Made by a program: the position numbers and the translations under genes. This document shows positions 24,677 through 33,276 of a DNA stretch of 43,260 nucleotides, piece by piece (the first letter of the stretch is position 1; each line of letters starts with the position of its first letter). The stretch lies in the IMG/VR virus record IMGVR_UViG_3300045988_009985. One strand, written 5' to 3'. The notes under the pieces were generated by a model. The model did no database searches. It saw only the letters and a list, made by a program, of their open reading frames with translations, and had not been told where the DNA came from. The stretch is from a virus.

Positions 24677-24742
24677 GCTGTGACACGGCGCAGCAAGTCA
24701 AAAGGGAAACGCCCCTCTTGCCTTGCTGCGCCGTGTCACAGC
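24677..24742. promoter_or_regulatory. Perfect 21-bp inverted repeat with a 24-nt spacer, between the capsid-module gene and the fibre gene
   Basis: The arms are gctgtgacacggcgcagcaag (24677-24697) and cttgctgcgccgtgtcacagc (24722-24742). Confidence 0.8.
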
Positions 24743-24773
24743 CATCTTTGTGTCTCGCGGTAGTATGCAGTTG

Positions 24774-25166
24774 TCAGTTCAGCTGCGCCTTGACCGCCTC
24801 ATATTCCCGGCTCTTCTGCTCCAGCATCTCCGCCGTCGCCGCGTCCTGTGCCATAGAGCGGCGGATGATGTTGTACACCTCGCGGGGAATGCGGACGTGC
24901 TTGCCGCGCTGGATGCGGTACACCTTGCCGTTCCAGCCCACCACAATGTCGTCCTTGTACCGATCATCATCCTTGAACGCCCAGAACGGCACCATGCCGT
25001 CGTCGGAGGCTTCACCTGCCGCCATGCCGCGCATAACGGCCTCTGCTGCTTTCGCGGCCTCCTTGGCATCCTCAGCCTCCTTCTTGGCCTGAGCCAGCGC
25101 CTCATTGGCTGCTGCCAGCGCCTTTTCCATCTCCTCCGGAGTTCTCTGCTTCTTGTTGTCAGCCAT
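24774..25166 (-). CDS. Hypothetical head-associated protein (130 aa)
   Basis: AAGGAGG lies 7 nt upstream of the ATG at 25166. It has an Ala/Glu/Lys coiled N-terminus and a small C-terminal domain, and sits directly after the capsid gene. Confidence 0.55.
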   Translation of the reverse strand: MADNKKQRTPEEMEKALAAANEALAQAKKEAEDAKEAAKAAEAVMRGMAAGEASDDGMVPFWAFKDDDRYKDDIVVGWNGKVYRIQRGKHVRIPREVYNIIRRSMAQDAATAEMLEQKSREYEAVKAQLN

Positions 25167-25193
25167 GCTCATTCCTCCTTGCATTTTTGGTAT

Positions 25194-25217
25194 GCGGAGG
25201 GGGATGACCCCCTCCGC
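25194..25217. terminator. Strong hairpin just downstream of the capsid gene, with no U-tract. It may be an mRNA stabiliser or a partial terminator.
   Basis: gcggaggggg-atga-ccccctccgc forms a 10-bp perfect stem. Confidence 0.45.
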
Positions 25218-25224
25218 GTTACCG

Positions 25225-26508
25225 TCAGTTCATCGCGCCGCTCTCAAAGGTAGAGGCGGATTCGATGCGCACCATGTACTGCTCCACCAGACGCTCCGCC
25301 ACCTTGGTCAGCTTCCAGCCTGCGGTGGCACGCTGATTCAGCGGGTCAGCCGTACCGGAGGAACCCAGCTGCTTGACGATGTGCTGCAGGCCGCCGCCCT
25401 CCAGCTCCGTCACGCCGTAGGCGTCTGCGCCGAGGATCAGGGTAGAGTACACATCGCGGCCATTTGCGCCGCCCTCGCCGGGATAGATCACGGTGCTGGC
25501 GGCAGGCGTAGTGGCAGGCGCGGTCTTCACGGTGATGGTGGCAGCACCGGCAGCACCGGCAGCAGCGGACGCCACCTCCAGCAGCTCTCCGCCCACCAGA
25601 ATGTCTCTGCCGGTCAGCGCCTTGGCCTGATTGGCGGAGAGCTTTTCGGTGATGGTAATGACCTTGCTGGCCGCGCTCTTCACTGTCAGGTTGCGGGCGC
25701 TTGCCTCGTCGCCGTCCTCGATCTTCAGGGGGGCGGCGTGGAAGATCTTGGCCTCGGTGGTCTCCACAAAGCGCACACCCTCGATCTTGCCGATCTCGCC
25801 CTCATAGATGCCATCGGGGTCGGAGTAGGTCTTCACATCCACCCACTTCTTGTCGTTCATCAGGTCGTAGGCGGTGTCGGGATGGATGATACCGGCAAAG
25901 TAGCCGTTGATCTTCTGTGCGTTCATGACCTTCAGGGCGCGTACAGCCTTGCGGATGTCGTCCACCGTCAGGTACTTGTTGTTCTCGGCGGTGCTGTCGC
26001 CGCCCACCAGCTCAGAGCGATCCTTCGCCCCACCGGCGTACACCACATTGGTGCCGCCAGCCAGCACCTCTCGGGTGATGGTGTCGGCGGTACGGCCTGC
26101 CTGAGATGCCAGCAGGCGGGTGGCCTGTACCAGGTTGTTGTCGATAGCCGTCAGCTCCAGAATGTCGGACAGTTCGATGTAACCGCCGTACTGCTTGATG
26201 GTGGCGCGGATCACGCCCATGCTCATCTTCTGCCCGGCGGGGGTCACACCTTCGGTCAGAGGCACCAGAGCCTTGGGCAGACTGTCGTACTTCCGGAACT
26301 CGATGGTTTTACCGCTGTTCTTGGGGATGGGGTGCTTCTGGCCAAACTGGTCATGGATCAGCTCCGGCTCGGCGAGGTTGATGAGGCGCATAGAGTAATA
26401 CACCTTCATCTCATCGCTGAGACCGGGATCCAGCGTGGTATTGGTGTATGCGTCAAACAGGTTCAGCACCACCGGCATCAGGTACAGGTCGTTGTAAATT
26501 TTGTTCAT
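25225..26508 (-). CDS. Major capsid protein (HK97 fold, N4-gp56-like family)
   Basis: Diagnostic segments are KNSGKTIEFRKYDSLP...LTEGVTPAG...IKQYGGYIELSD...IIHPDTAYDL...GVRFVETTEA...DPLNQRATAGWK. The gene follows the scaffold gene. Confidence 0.8.
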   Translation of the reverse strand: MNKIYNDLYLMPVVLNLFDAYTNTTLDPGLSDEMKVYYSMRLINLAEPELIHDQFGQKHPIPKNSGKTIEFRKYDSLPKALVPLTEGVTPAGQKMSMGVIRATIKQYGGYIELSDILELTAIDNNLVQATRLLASQAGRTADTITREVLAGGTNVVYAGGAKDRSELVGGDSTAENNKYLTVDDIRKAVRALKVMNAQKINGYFAGIIHPDTAYDLMNDKKWVDVKTYSDPDGIYEGEIGKIEGVRFVETTEAKIFHAAPLKIEDGDEASARNLTVKSAASKVITITEKLSANQAKALTGRDILVGGELLEVASAAAGAAGAATITVKTAPATTPAASTVIYPGEGGANGRDVYSTLILGADAYGVTELEGGGLQHIVKQLGSSGTADPLNQRATAGWKLTKVAERLVEQYMVRIESASTFESGAMN

Positions 26509-26547
26509 GAAATAGCTCCTTTCCGCAAATCGCAGCGGAGCCGTAGG

Positions 26548-27501
26548 TCAAAAGGAAATGCGCTCCCCTCTTGCTACTCTCCGCTCGATCTCCTCAAAGT
26601 CCGCTCTCGTCAGCTTTGAGGGATCCGTTTTTGTAACAAACGCGCTGTTGGAGCTGGTGCCGTTCTCACTGGGACGATTTCCCTTGGCCCGAACGTTATC
26701 GGCCACCTTCTTCTCCGTGCTGGCGGCAGCGGCCTGTACCGCGTTGCCCATCAGCTCGTCAAAGTGCAGCACCTTGTAGGCGTGCTCCATCGGTGTACCG
26801 GCTTTCAGCAGGTTCACAAACTCGTCGTTTTGCAGCTCCTGCACAAGGTCAAAGTTCTGGTACATGGGATTGCCCCTCATGGCCTCCGCCTCCATGTACC
26901 ACTTCTCGCTCTGCGCCCGGATCTGCGCCTCCTGCTGATGCATCTGCTGGCCGCGAAGCAGCTCGGCGTTCTCCCGCCGCAGACGGCGGAACTCCTTGTA
27001 CTGCTCCTCGCTCATGCCCGCCTCCTCGGCGGCTTCACTCCAGTAGGCGTGGTCGTTGTCCACGGCCTCCAGCAGACGCTTTGCGTCCCCGTCCGCGATG
27101 CCGTAACGCTCCATCAGCGTATCCAGCACCGGCTGGTAAGACTGCATCCGCTTCTCCGTCTCCCGCGCCTCCTTGAAGCGCCGGTCGATCATCCGCTGTG
27201 TCTCTTGGGTGTACAGATCCTTGTACTCCCCATTGATCAGCTCCCGGAAAGCCTTTTTCTTGGCCTCCTGCGCGTCGGACGTGGTCTCCACGTCCTTCAC
27301 CTTATCATCAGTCCCGGCGTCGGACTGTACTTCCGTCTGGCTCTCCGACTGTTTGCCGTACTTGACGTTGGCCAGTGCGCCCGATTTGCTCTGGCGGGTG
27401 GTACCGGAGCTTGCCTGTGTCTCGCCCTGTGCGGTGGCAGCTGTCGCCCCATCGCCGCCCTCGCCGTCAAAGAGGCAGAGGGAAATTCTGTAAAGGTACA
27501 T
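26548..27501 (-). CDS. Scaffolding protein with an N-terminal Prp-type leader
   Basis: GAAGGAGG precedes the ATG at 27501. The protein is acidic and helical. The N-terminus is MYLYRISLCLFDGEGG. It lies between the Prp protease and the capsid gene. Confidence 0.65.
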   Translation of the reverse strand: MYLYRISLCLFDGEGGDGATAATAQGETQASSGTTRQSKSGALANVKYGKQSESQTEVQSDAGTDDKVKDVETTSDAQEAKKKAFRELINGEYKDLYTQETQRMIDRRFKEARETEKRMQSYQPVLDTLMERYGIADGDAKRLLEAVDNDHAYWSEAAEEAGMSEEQYKEFRRLRRENAELLRGQQMHQQEAQIRAQSEKWYMEAEAMRGNPMYQNFDLVQELQNDEFVNLLKAGTPMEHAYKVLHFDELMGNAVQAAAASTEKKVADNVRAKGNRPSENGTSSNSAFVTKTDPSKLTRADFEEIERRVARGERISF

Positions 27502-27641
27502 ATCTGTTCCTCCTTCAATTCGCGGGCATATCGCTCCCGTGCAGCGCTCCCCATCCACCCTTGCGGCGTGCGGCGGCTCGTTGCCGCCGTCACACCGCGC
27601 AGGTAGGGAGGAAGTATCTATATCATAGAAAGGGGGCGCGG

Positions 27642-27682
27642 TCTCCCGCACCCCTAAAACAAAAAATATTTTTATTTTTTTT
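27642..27682. promoter_or_regulatory. Conserved approx 41-bp element, copy 1 (copy 2 at 31957-31998)
   Basis: tctcccgcacccctaaaacaaaaaatatttttatttttttt compares with tctcccgcgcacccctcaaacgaaaaatttttttattttttt. Both copies lie upstream (minus sense) of late-gene blocks. Confidence 0.6.
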
Positions 27683-27959
27683 CGATTTTTACGGAAATCG
27701 CCTCCGGCTTTGCCATTTCCAGCTGCAAAAAGCCGATTTTCAGCAGATCGTACAGCCACCTACCGCCGCGCCAGCGCAGGTACGCATCCCCGCTGTCCAG
27801 CCGTTCCAGCACCAGCTCCGCCTCCTGCGTATTGTGCAGCCATCCCGCAGCCGCGTACAAAAGACAGCTTACCGCCGCACACACGTCAGGGTATCCCGTG
27901 GCGTGTCCCTTGCACCTCACGGAGCAGCTGTCCCCGTGATGCAGTGTTACCTCCGTCAT
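27672..27959 (-). CDS. prp: Prp-family cysteine protease (ribosomal-processing protease-like)
   Basis: KGHATGYPDVCAAVSCLL matches the GHA...D(I/V)VCAAVS His/Cys dyad signature. An ATGA overlap links it to the portal stop. Confidence 0.75.
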   Translation of the reverse strand: MTEVTLHHGDSCSVRCKGHATGYPDVCAAVSCLLYAAAGWLHNTQEAELVLERLDSGDAYLRWRGGRWLYDLLKIGFLQLEMAKPEAISVKIEKK

Positions 27960-29887
27960 AGGCTGGGCGTGCTCCGCTTTGCCAATGCCTGCCCGTAGCC
28001 GGTCATAGGCGTCTGCGCCTCCATGATGCCGCTTGCAAGCTGGCTGGTGGCCTCCGCAGGTGCGCCGCCGCCAGTCTGCGCCGGTGCATCGCCCGCGCCC
28101 TCCTGCGGCAGGATAGCGCCCGTCAGCATGGCGATCTGCGACTGCATCTGCATCAGCATATTCAGCAGGGTCTGCCCCTGCATCACCTTTTCCCGCACGG
28201 TCTGGATACCCTCGAAGTCCATCATCTCCAGCGCCGTCAGACTGGCCTGCGCGTTATCCGGATTAAAGAATCCCATGGAGTACAACTCCTTGGCCCGCTC
28301 GTTCTGTTCCATGCGGGAGAAAGGATTCTTTTTCTGCGCCTTGATTTTGAGGTCAAACACCGGCTTGCGGTACATTTCGTTGCCCATCGTATCCAGCCCG
28401 GTCACCTGATCCTGCAAGCCCGCGTTGTCGAAATCTACGAACTGATACTCGTTGCCCTCGCCGGTAATGCGGAAGCTGCGGCTCACATCGTAAAACTGCC
28501 TTATCAGTTCCACGCACAGCGTGTTAATCTGGGTGTAGGCACGGTAGCTGGCGGAGATCATATCCCGGCTTGCCTTGTTTCCGGCCTCCTGCAAGGCGGC
28601 AATCGCCGCTGCCGCCGTCACGTTGGAGGTGCCGCCGGAGTTCACGTCGCGGTTTGCCGCCGTGTCCTTCATTTCCTCGATCTTCATCTGCGCCACCGTG
28701 ACGTAGATATCACTGAGCGGCTGGGTGACGATCTCCTTGATCCTCTGGTCGCCGATCTCGCCGTTGACGTGTACCAGAGGGCGGTTCCAGTCGATAAATT
28801 CCTGCTCGTTGATGGCCGTACTCTCCGACACGAAGAAGCGCTTTTTGGTCGCCATCATCGCGTTTTCCAGAATGTTGGCGCTGAGCTTGTCAATGTATAG
28901 CTGGGGGTCTTTGCAGATCGCCACATAGCCAAAGCCGATAGGCGTACCCTTTTCCGGGTACATCACGTCCAGCACAACAGGGTACATCCCGTGGTCGTAA
29001 AAGCCCCGCTCCCGGTATTCCGGATCGTTCTCACTGGCATACAGCAGGGTAGACCCCACAAACTTGATGTAGTGCAGCGCCGTCCTGCCGCTGGGCGTCT
29101 TGACCTTGTAATACCAGTCCACCACCACGCTCTTTTCGCTGGTGTCCACGGTGTCATCGTAGATGTACTCCTTCACGTCCACGACCTTGCCCTTCTGCTT
29201 GCCCTTGAGCTGGGGGTACTCGCTGTCCAGCAGGTCGTTGTCCACCAGATCCACGATAAACAGGTTGCGGCTTTTTTGGATGTCCGTGATGCCCGGCTCC
29301 CAGAACAGGTTCAGCAAGTCGATGTTCCGGATCTCGATGTCGCCCAGCCCATTGTCCTTCCGGCTGTCCCAAAACACGCCGTATACCGCCGTTCCGTGCT
29401 TCAGCTTCTCCCACCAGTTGTCCGAGTACACCTGCTCAAAATGGTTGTATTCCTGCACCACCGGCAGGATCTGGCTCAACGTCTTGGCGCTCTGCTCGTC
29501 GCTGCGCTCACGGGGCAGCACCACCGGCTCCGGGTAGTTGTCCATCGCGTCCGCGTGCTTGTTTTGGATGGTGTTAAACAGCCACGCCGACGTAGGCTTT
29601 GGCTGGGGAGGGGAGGAGAGGACTTCCTTGCCGCTCTTATCCACCAGCTTGGCTTTACTCTGACCGATGCCCTCCCAGTGCCGCAGCTCCCACCACAACT
29701 CGTCGTTGACCACACGGCTCTCCAAATTGCCCTTGCCGTTTTTGTACCGCGTCAGCAGGTCGATACCGCGCTCCACGTCCTTTTCCGTAATGGTAGGCGT
29801 GTCGTCCGTCCGCTCCAGCAGCATCGCCGCCATCTCCGGCGGCATACCGTCCTCCGGCACAATGCCGGGGATGCCGTATCTCTCCAT
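27956..29887 (-). CDS. Portal protein
   Basis: It is 643 aa and lies immediately downstream of TerL. The N-terminus LLTRYKNGKGNLESRVVNDELWWELRHW is portal-like. Confidence 0.8.
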   Translation of the reverse strand: MERYGIPGIVPEDGMPPEMAAMLLERTDDTPTITEKDVERGIDLLTRYKNGKGNLESRVVNDELWWELRHWEGIGQSKAKLVDKSGKEVLSSPPQPKPTSAWLFNTIQNKHADAMDNYPEPVVLPRERSDEQSAKTLSQILPVVQEYNHFEQVYSDNWWEKLKHGTAVYGVFWDSRKDNGLGDIEIRNIDLLNLFWEPGITDIQKSRNLFIVDLVDNDLLDSEYPQLKGKQKGKVVDVKEYIYDDTVDTSEKSVVVDWYYKVKTPSGRTALHYIKFVGSTLLYASENDPEYRERGFYDHGMYPVVLDVMYPEKGTPIGFGYVAICKDPQLYIDKLSANILENAMMATKKRFFVSESTAINEQEFIDWNRPLVHVNGEIGDQRIKEIVTQPLSDIYVTVAQMKIEEMKDTAANRDVNSGGTSNVTAAAAIAALQEAGNKASRDMISASYRAYTQINTLCVELIRQFYDVSRSFRITGEGNEYQFVDFDNAGLQDQVTGLDTMGNEMYRKPVFDLKIKAQKKNPFSRMEQNERAKELYSMGFFNPDNAQASLTALEMMDFEGIQTVREKVMQGQTLLNMLMQMQSQIAMLTGAILPQEGAGDAPAQTGGGAPAEATSQLASGIMEAQTPMTGYGQALAKRSTPSL

Positions 29888-29900
29888 ATCCTTTTCCCCC

Positions 29901-31343
29901 TTAATAGGTCTGATAAAATGCGTACCGGCTGGGCCTGTACTCGTCCTCCGTGTCCAGCGGCGAATAGGGCCGCTCCACGATGTGCCCCATATCTCTTGGC
30001 CCGATAGGGTTTTTCATGCACACATACCGCAGCTGGTCGTAGATATGATCCTCGCCGTCCGTGTCGATGTCCTCTACGTCCGTCTGGTCATAGACCAGGT
30101 TCGGCACCGTCCGGATAAAGTTTTTGCAGGTGGAGAACACATACAGCATCGGTACGCCGTCTGCGTCAAACGCCAGCCGGTGGTGGATCTGCATCTTGCC
30201 GTTGATCCGTGCATGGTCGCCCTTTTCAAAATAGACACGCTCCCGTTCCATCAGCGCTCCCACGCTTTCCGTGCCGTCGCTTTGCCAGATCGCCGGGTCG
30301 CCCACGCGGTGTATGTCCCGTCCCCGCAGGTTGGGGTCGTCCGCCTCGATGCGCCGTATCTCCTGCGCCACCTTGGTCGGCTCCCACATCACGCCGCGGT
30401 TGGGGGTCCCGTTGCAGCCGTAAAACTCCCGGATATGGTACATCCGCCGGTTTCTGTCCACCGCGTACCACCCCACGGAAAACGGACGGGAATAGCCCCA
30501 GTCCAGCCCGCACCAGATCACCCAGTCCTCCGGTATGCGGAACGGCTCGATGACGTGGGTGTTCTTCCTGTCCAGATAGTGTTCCCGGTCGTTTTTCCAC
30601 TCCGTGAACACCTGCCCCTCGAAGCTGTCCCAGTTGCCGTACAGCAGGGCATTCCGCTCCGCCTCCGGCATACTGGCCAGCCGCTGCACATACAGCGGGT
30701 CATTTTCCATCAGGATCTTGTTGTCAAACACGGAGGACGGCACAAATATCCGCTGCTGCTGCCCCGTGTGCTTTTTCCCGTCCGGCGTATACCACATCGC
30801 CTCCTCTGTGATGGGCTGCATCGGCGGTGCCGCCGTGATAAACCGCTCCTTGACCCAGCCATGCCCGATGTTGCCGGGGTTGGCGGTGGAGCGCATATAG
30901 ACCCGTGTTCCCGCCCCGTTGGGACGATTACGGGATTTCAAATAGTCGTATTCCTCCTGCGTAAAGTGCGTCAGCTCGTCAAACGCGATAAAGTCATACG
31001 CCTGCCCCTGATACTGTATCTTGTCCTGCGGTCGGTTCATGCTGCCAAACACGATTTGCGCACCGGACGGAAACCGCCATGTGTGGTTACTGCCGTTGTA
31101 CCGTGCCTTGGGATACGCACGGGGGTAGTAGTTCAGCGTCTTGTCGATCAGCTCCCGCAGCTGGGGAAACGTCTTGCGCAGGATCAGCGCCTTGTACCAC
31201 GGAATATGCACCTGCCGCAGCGCCTCGATGACCAGCGCATCGCTCTTGCCGCCGCCCGCCGCCCCGCCATACAGGGCTTCATATTCCGGCCTTGCCATAA
31301 ATACGGCCTGCCGCTCCTGCGGCTTCCACACGATCTCAGGCAT
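29901..31343 (-). CDS. terL: Terminase large subunit
   Basis: The Walker A motif is YGGAAGGGKS. The gene overlaps the TerS stop, and the C-terminal region is nuclease-like (DWGYSRPFSV...). Confidence 0.9.
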   Translation of the reverse strand: MPEIVWKPQERQAVFMARPEYEALYGGAAGGGKSDALVIEALRQVHIPWYKALILRKTFPQLRELIDKTLNYYPRAYPKARYNGSNHTWRFPSGAQIVFGSMNRPQDKIQYQGQAYDFIAFDELTHFTQEEYDYLKSRNRPNGAGTRVYMRSTANPGNIGHGWVKERFITAAPPMQPITEEAMWYTPDGKKHTGQQQRIFVPSSVFDNKILMENDPLYVQRLASMPEAERNALLYGNWDSFEGQVFTEWKNDREHYLDRKNTHVIEPFRIPEDWVIWCGLDWGYSRPFSVGWYAVDRNRRMYHIREFYGCNGTPNRGVMWEPTKVAQEIRRIEADDPNLRGRDIHRVGDPAIWQSDGTESVGALMERERVYFEKGDHARINGKMQIHHRLAFDADGVPMLYVFSTCKNFIRTVPNLVYDQTDVEDIDTDGEDHIYDQLRYVCMKNPIGPRDMGHIVERPYSPLDTEDEYRPSRYAFYQTY

Positions 31344-31737
31344 CCGTTTTTACCTCCGGCATCAGCACCACGCCGCCACCGCCATTATCCACAGCAGATC
31401 CCATTGTCGTCCACTTATCTATCAGTGTCCCGATCGCCGTCGTGATCTGGCTGGGCGTTGCTTCCGCCAGCTTCTCCGGGTCGTTCAGCGCCGCCAGCCC
31501 CTTGCCGATGATCTGGCACACCGTCTCCCGCTGGGCATCCATATATGCCAGCACGTCCACCGTGTTCTCTTCCTTTTTTTGTTCGCACTTTTCCACAATG
31601 TCTGCATTCGCCCGCACAAGGTTTTTCACCGTCGTCGCGGACACGCCGTTGATCTTCGCGGTGGCGCAGTAGTTGTTGGTCTGCACATAGTCCGCCAGTA
31701 TTTTCTTTTTCTGTCGGTCTGTCAGCCGCGCAGCCAT
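31336..31737 (-). CDS. terS: Terminase small subunit
   Basis: AAGGAG precedes the ATG at 31737. MAARLTDRQKKKILADYVQTNNYCATAKINGVSATTVKNLV is an HTH. The gene overlaps the TerL start. Confidence 0.75.
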   Translation of the reverse strand: MAARLTDRQKKKILADYVQTNNYCATAKINGVSATTVKNLVRANADIVEKCEQKKEENTVDVLAYMDAQRETVCQIIGKGLAALNDPEKLAEATPSQITTAIGTLIDKWTTMGSAVDNGGGGVVLMPEVKTDA

Positions 31738-31956
31738 TGTCACCACTCCTTCGTTCCTGACGCACCGACCCCCCACCACTGGCCTTTGTCATTGGCACGT
31801 CTGTCCCAGGCTTCCGCCACACCCTAATGCTAATTTTTGTGCGTTTGCCCCGTCAGGGCGGAGCCGAAGCCCCGCCCCACAGGGTAGAAAAGAGGGGAAA
31901 AAAATGAATCGGCACGGGCAGGTTGCCCCTGCATATCCAGCATACCTATATGTATA

Positions 31957-31998
31957 TCTCCCGCGCACCCCTCAAACGAAAAATTTTTTTATTTTTTT
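31957..31998. promoter_or_regulatory. Conserved approx 41-bp element, copy 2, upstream of terS
   Basis: See copy 1 at 27642. A UUCG-loop hairpin (minus sense) follows at 31856-31877. Confidence 0.6.
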
Positions 31999-32009
31999 AC
32001 TTTTCCCTC

Positions 32010-32038
32010 TTGACATACCACGCAATGCGTGGTAGTAT
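32010..32038 (+). promoter_or_regulatory. Strong sigma-70-type promoter with a perfect palindromic operator in the spacer
   Basis: TTGACA lies at 32010-32015 and TAGTAT at 32033-32038, 17 nt apart. The palindrome TACCACGCA-a-TGCGTGGTA spans 32016-32034. Confidence 0.7.
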
Positions 32039-32093
32039 ATAGACAGTTCAAGAAACAGTGCAGCCGCACAGCGGCAGAAAGAGGAGGAACATC

Positions 32094-32327
32094 ATGAAGA
32101 AGCTTATCGACACTGCCACCAACACCACGATCTGCGAGATCGTATCCAACCACAGCATGACGCTGGACGAGGCCATCGAGTGCGCAGGAGGCGAGATCAT
32201 CAACGATGCCAACGACGAGCGTTGGTCCCCGGAGGAAAATGTCATTATCGATGGCGCGTACTATTGCTACGACGATCTGGATTTTGTCTACATTCCCGAC
32301 GAGATCTCCCCCGTCGCCCACCGCTGA
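32094..32327 (+). CDS. Small, strongly acidic protein (77 aa)
   Basis: GAGGAGG lies 6 nt before the ATG. There are 17 Asp/Glu against 4 Lys/Arg. This is the first gene after the operator-bearing promoter. Confidence 0.65.
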   Translation: MKKLIDTATNTTICEIVSNHSMTLDEAIECAGGEIINDANDERWSPEENVIIDGAYYCYDDLDFVYIPDEISPVAHR

Positions 32328-32336
32328 CCACCCGCC

Positions 32337-32933
32337 ATGCGAACGAAAAAATGCATCACCTGCGGCAAGGTGTTCTCCACAGACCGCGCCGAGCAGGCGA
32401 AGTGTGATGAATGCCTTGCCGCCACCAGATCCACCACCCTGCGCACCCGAACCTGCCACACCTGCGGGGCTGCCTTCACCGGCGGCCCCCGCGCCCGCTA
32501 CTGTCCCACATGCCGGGCCGAGCGGCAGAAAGCCCGGGAGCGAAAGTACCAGGCCTCCGGTTACTCCCGGCACCTGGGAGACATCGATAACTGCGTGATC
32601 TGCGGCGGCGAGTATGTCATCCGATCCGGCCTGCAGAAGTATTGCCCCAAATGCGCACCGGATGCCGTCCGCGAAATCGACCGTGCGCAGGCCAACCGCT
32701 GGAACGCCGAACACGATTACCGCGCCAAGCGCCGTGAAACACCCCGCCGGGGCGTCAAGGTCTGTGTTGTCTGTAGCCGGGAGATCGTCCCCGGCACCCC
32801 CACCGTCACCTGCTCTCCGGAGTGCGCCGCCGCCCACCGGAAAGAGGCCCAGCTTCGCGCGGACGCCAAGCGCCGTGGCCAGAACAGGAAGAAATCGACG
32901 CCAACCGAAGCCAAAAAGGAGAAATTGCCATGA
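32337..32933 (+). CDS. Protein with four tandem zinc-ribbon modules, each followed by a basic helix
   Basis: The modules are CITCG..CDEC; CHTCG..CPTC; CVICG..CPKC; CVVCS..CSPEC. Confidence 0.65.
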   Translation: MRTKKCITCGKVFSTDRAEQAKCDECLAATRSTTLRTRTCHTCGAAFTGGPRARYCPTCRAERQKARERKYQASGYSRHLGDIDNCVICGGEYVIRSGLQKYCPKCAPDAVREIDRAQANRWNAEHDYRAKRRETPRRGVKVCVVCSREIVPGTPTVTCSPECAAAHRKEAQLRADAKRRGQNRKKSTPTEAKKEKLP

Positions 32934-33271
32934 TGACCGACAAACTGTTCTACACCATATTCGGCGACGCCATCGCTTCGCCCGACCGAGACACCTTTGT
33001 CTCCGACTGGTCGCTGTCCTCCGCTTGGGGCGATGCGCCGGACGCGGCCATCCCCGCAGACCGCATCGACCTGCTGGCGCGTCTCTGGGACGCCGCCCAC
33101 CTGACGATCCGCGACATCCGTCAGCACACCGGCCTGTCCCAGGCGGCCTTTGCCACCCGGTACTGTATCCCCACCCGCACACTGGAGGACTGGGAGCGCG
33201 GCGTGAGGAGCTGCCCGGACTACCTGCGGCTCCTGCTGGCGCAGGCATCCGGCCTTTACACAAGACCATGA
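32930..33271 (+). CDS. HTH regulator (XRE/MqsA-like C-terminal HTH)
   Basis: IRDIRQHTGLSQAAFATRYCIPTRTLEDWERGVRSCPDYLRLLL is the HTH. The start forms an ATGA overlap with the upstream gene. Confidence 0.7.
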   Translation: MMTDKLFYTIFGDAIASPDRDTFVSDWSLSSAWGDAPDAAIPADRIDLLARLWDAAHLTIRDIRQHTGLSQAAFATRYCIPTRTLEDWERGVRSCPDYLRLLLAQASGLYTRP

Positions 33272-33276
33272 CGTTG

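Noticed and set aside
25105-33269. Other long antisense or alternative-frame ORFs: 25105..26619 (+), 28991..30007 (+), 29667..31445 (+) and 31989..33269 (-)
   Set aside because: Each lies opposite a well-supported gene (capsid, portal, terminase, island genes). Their composition is low-complexity and Arg/Gly/Pro-rich, and they have no start context.
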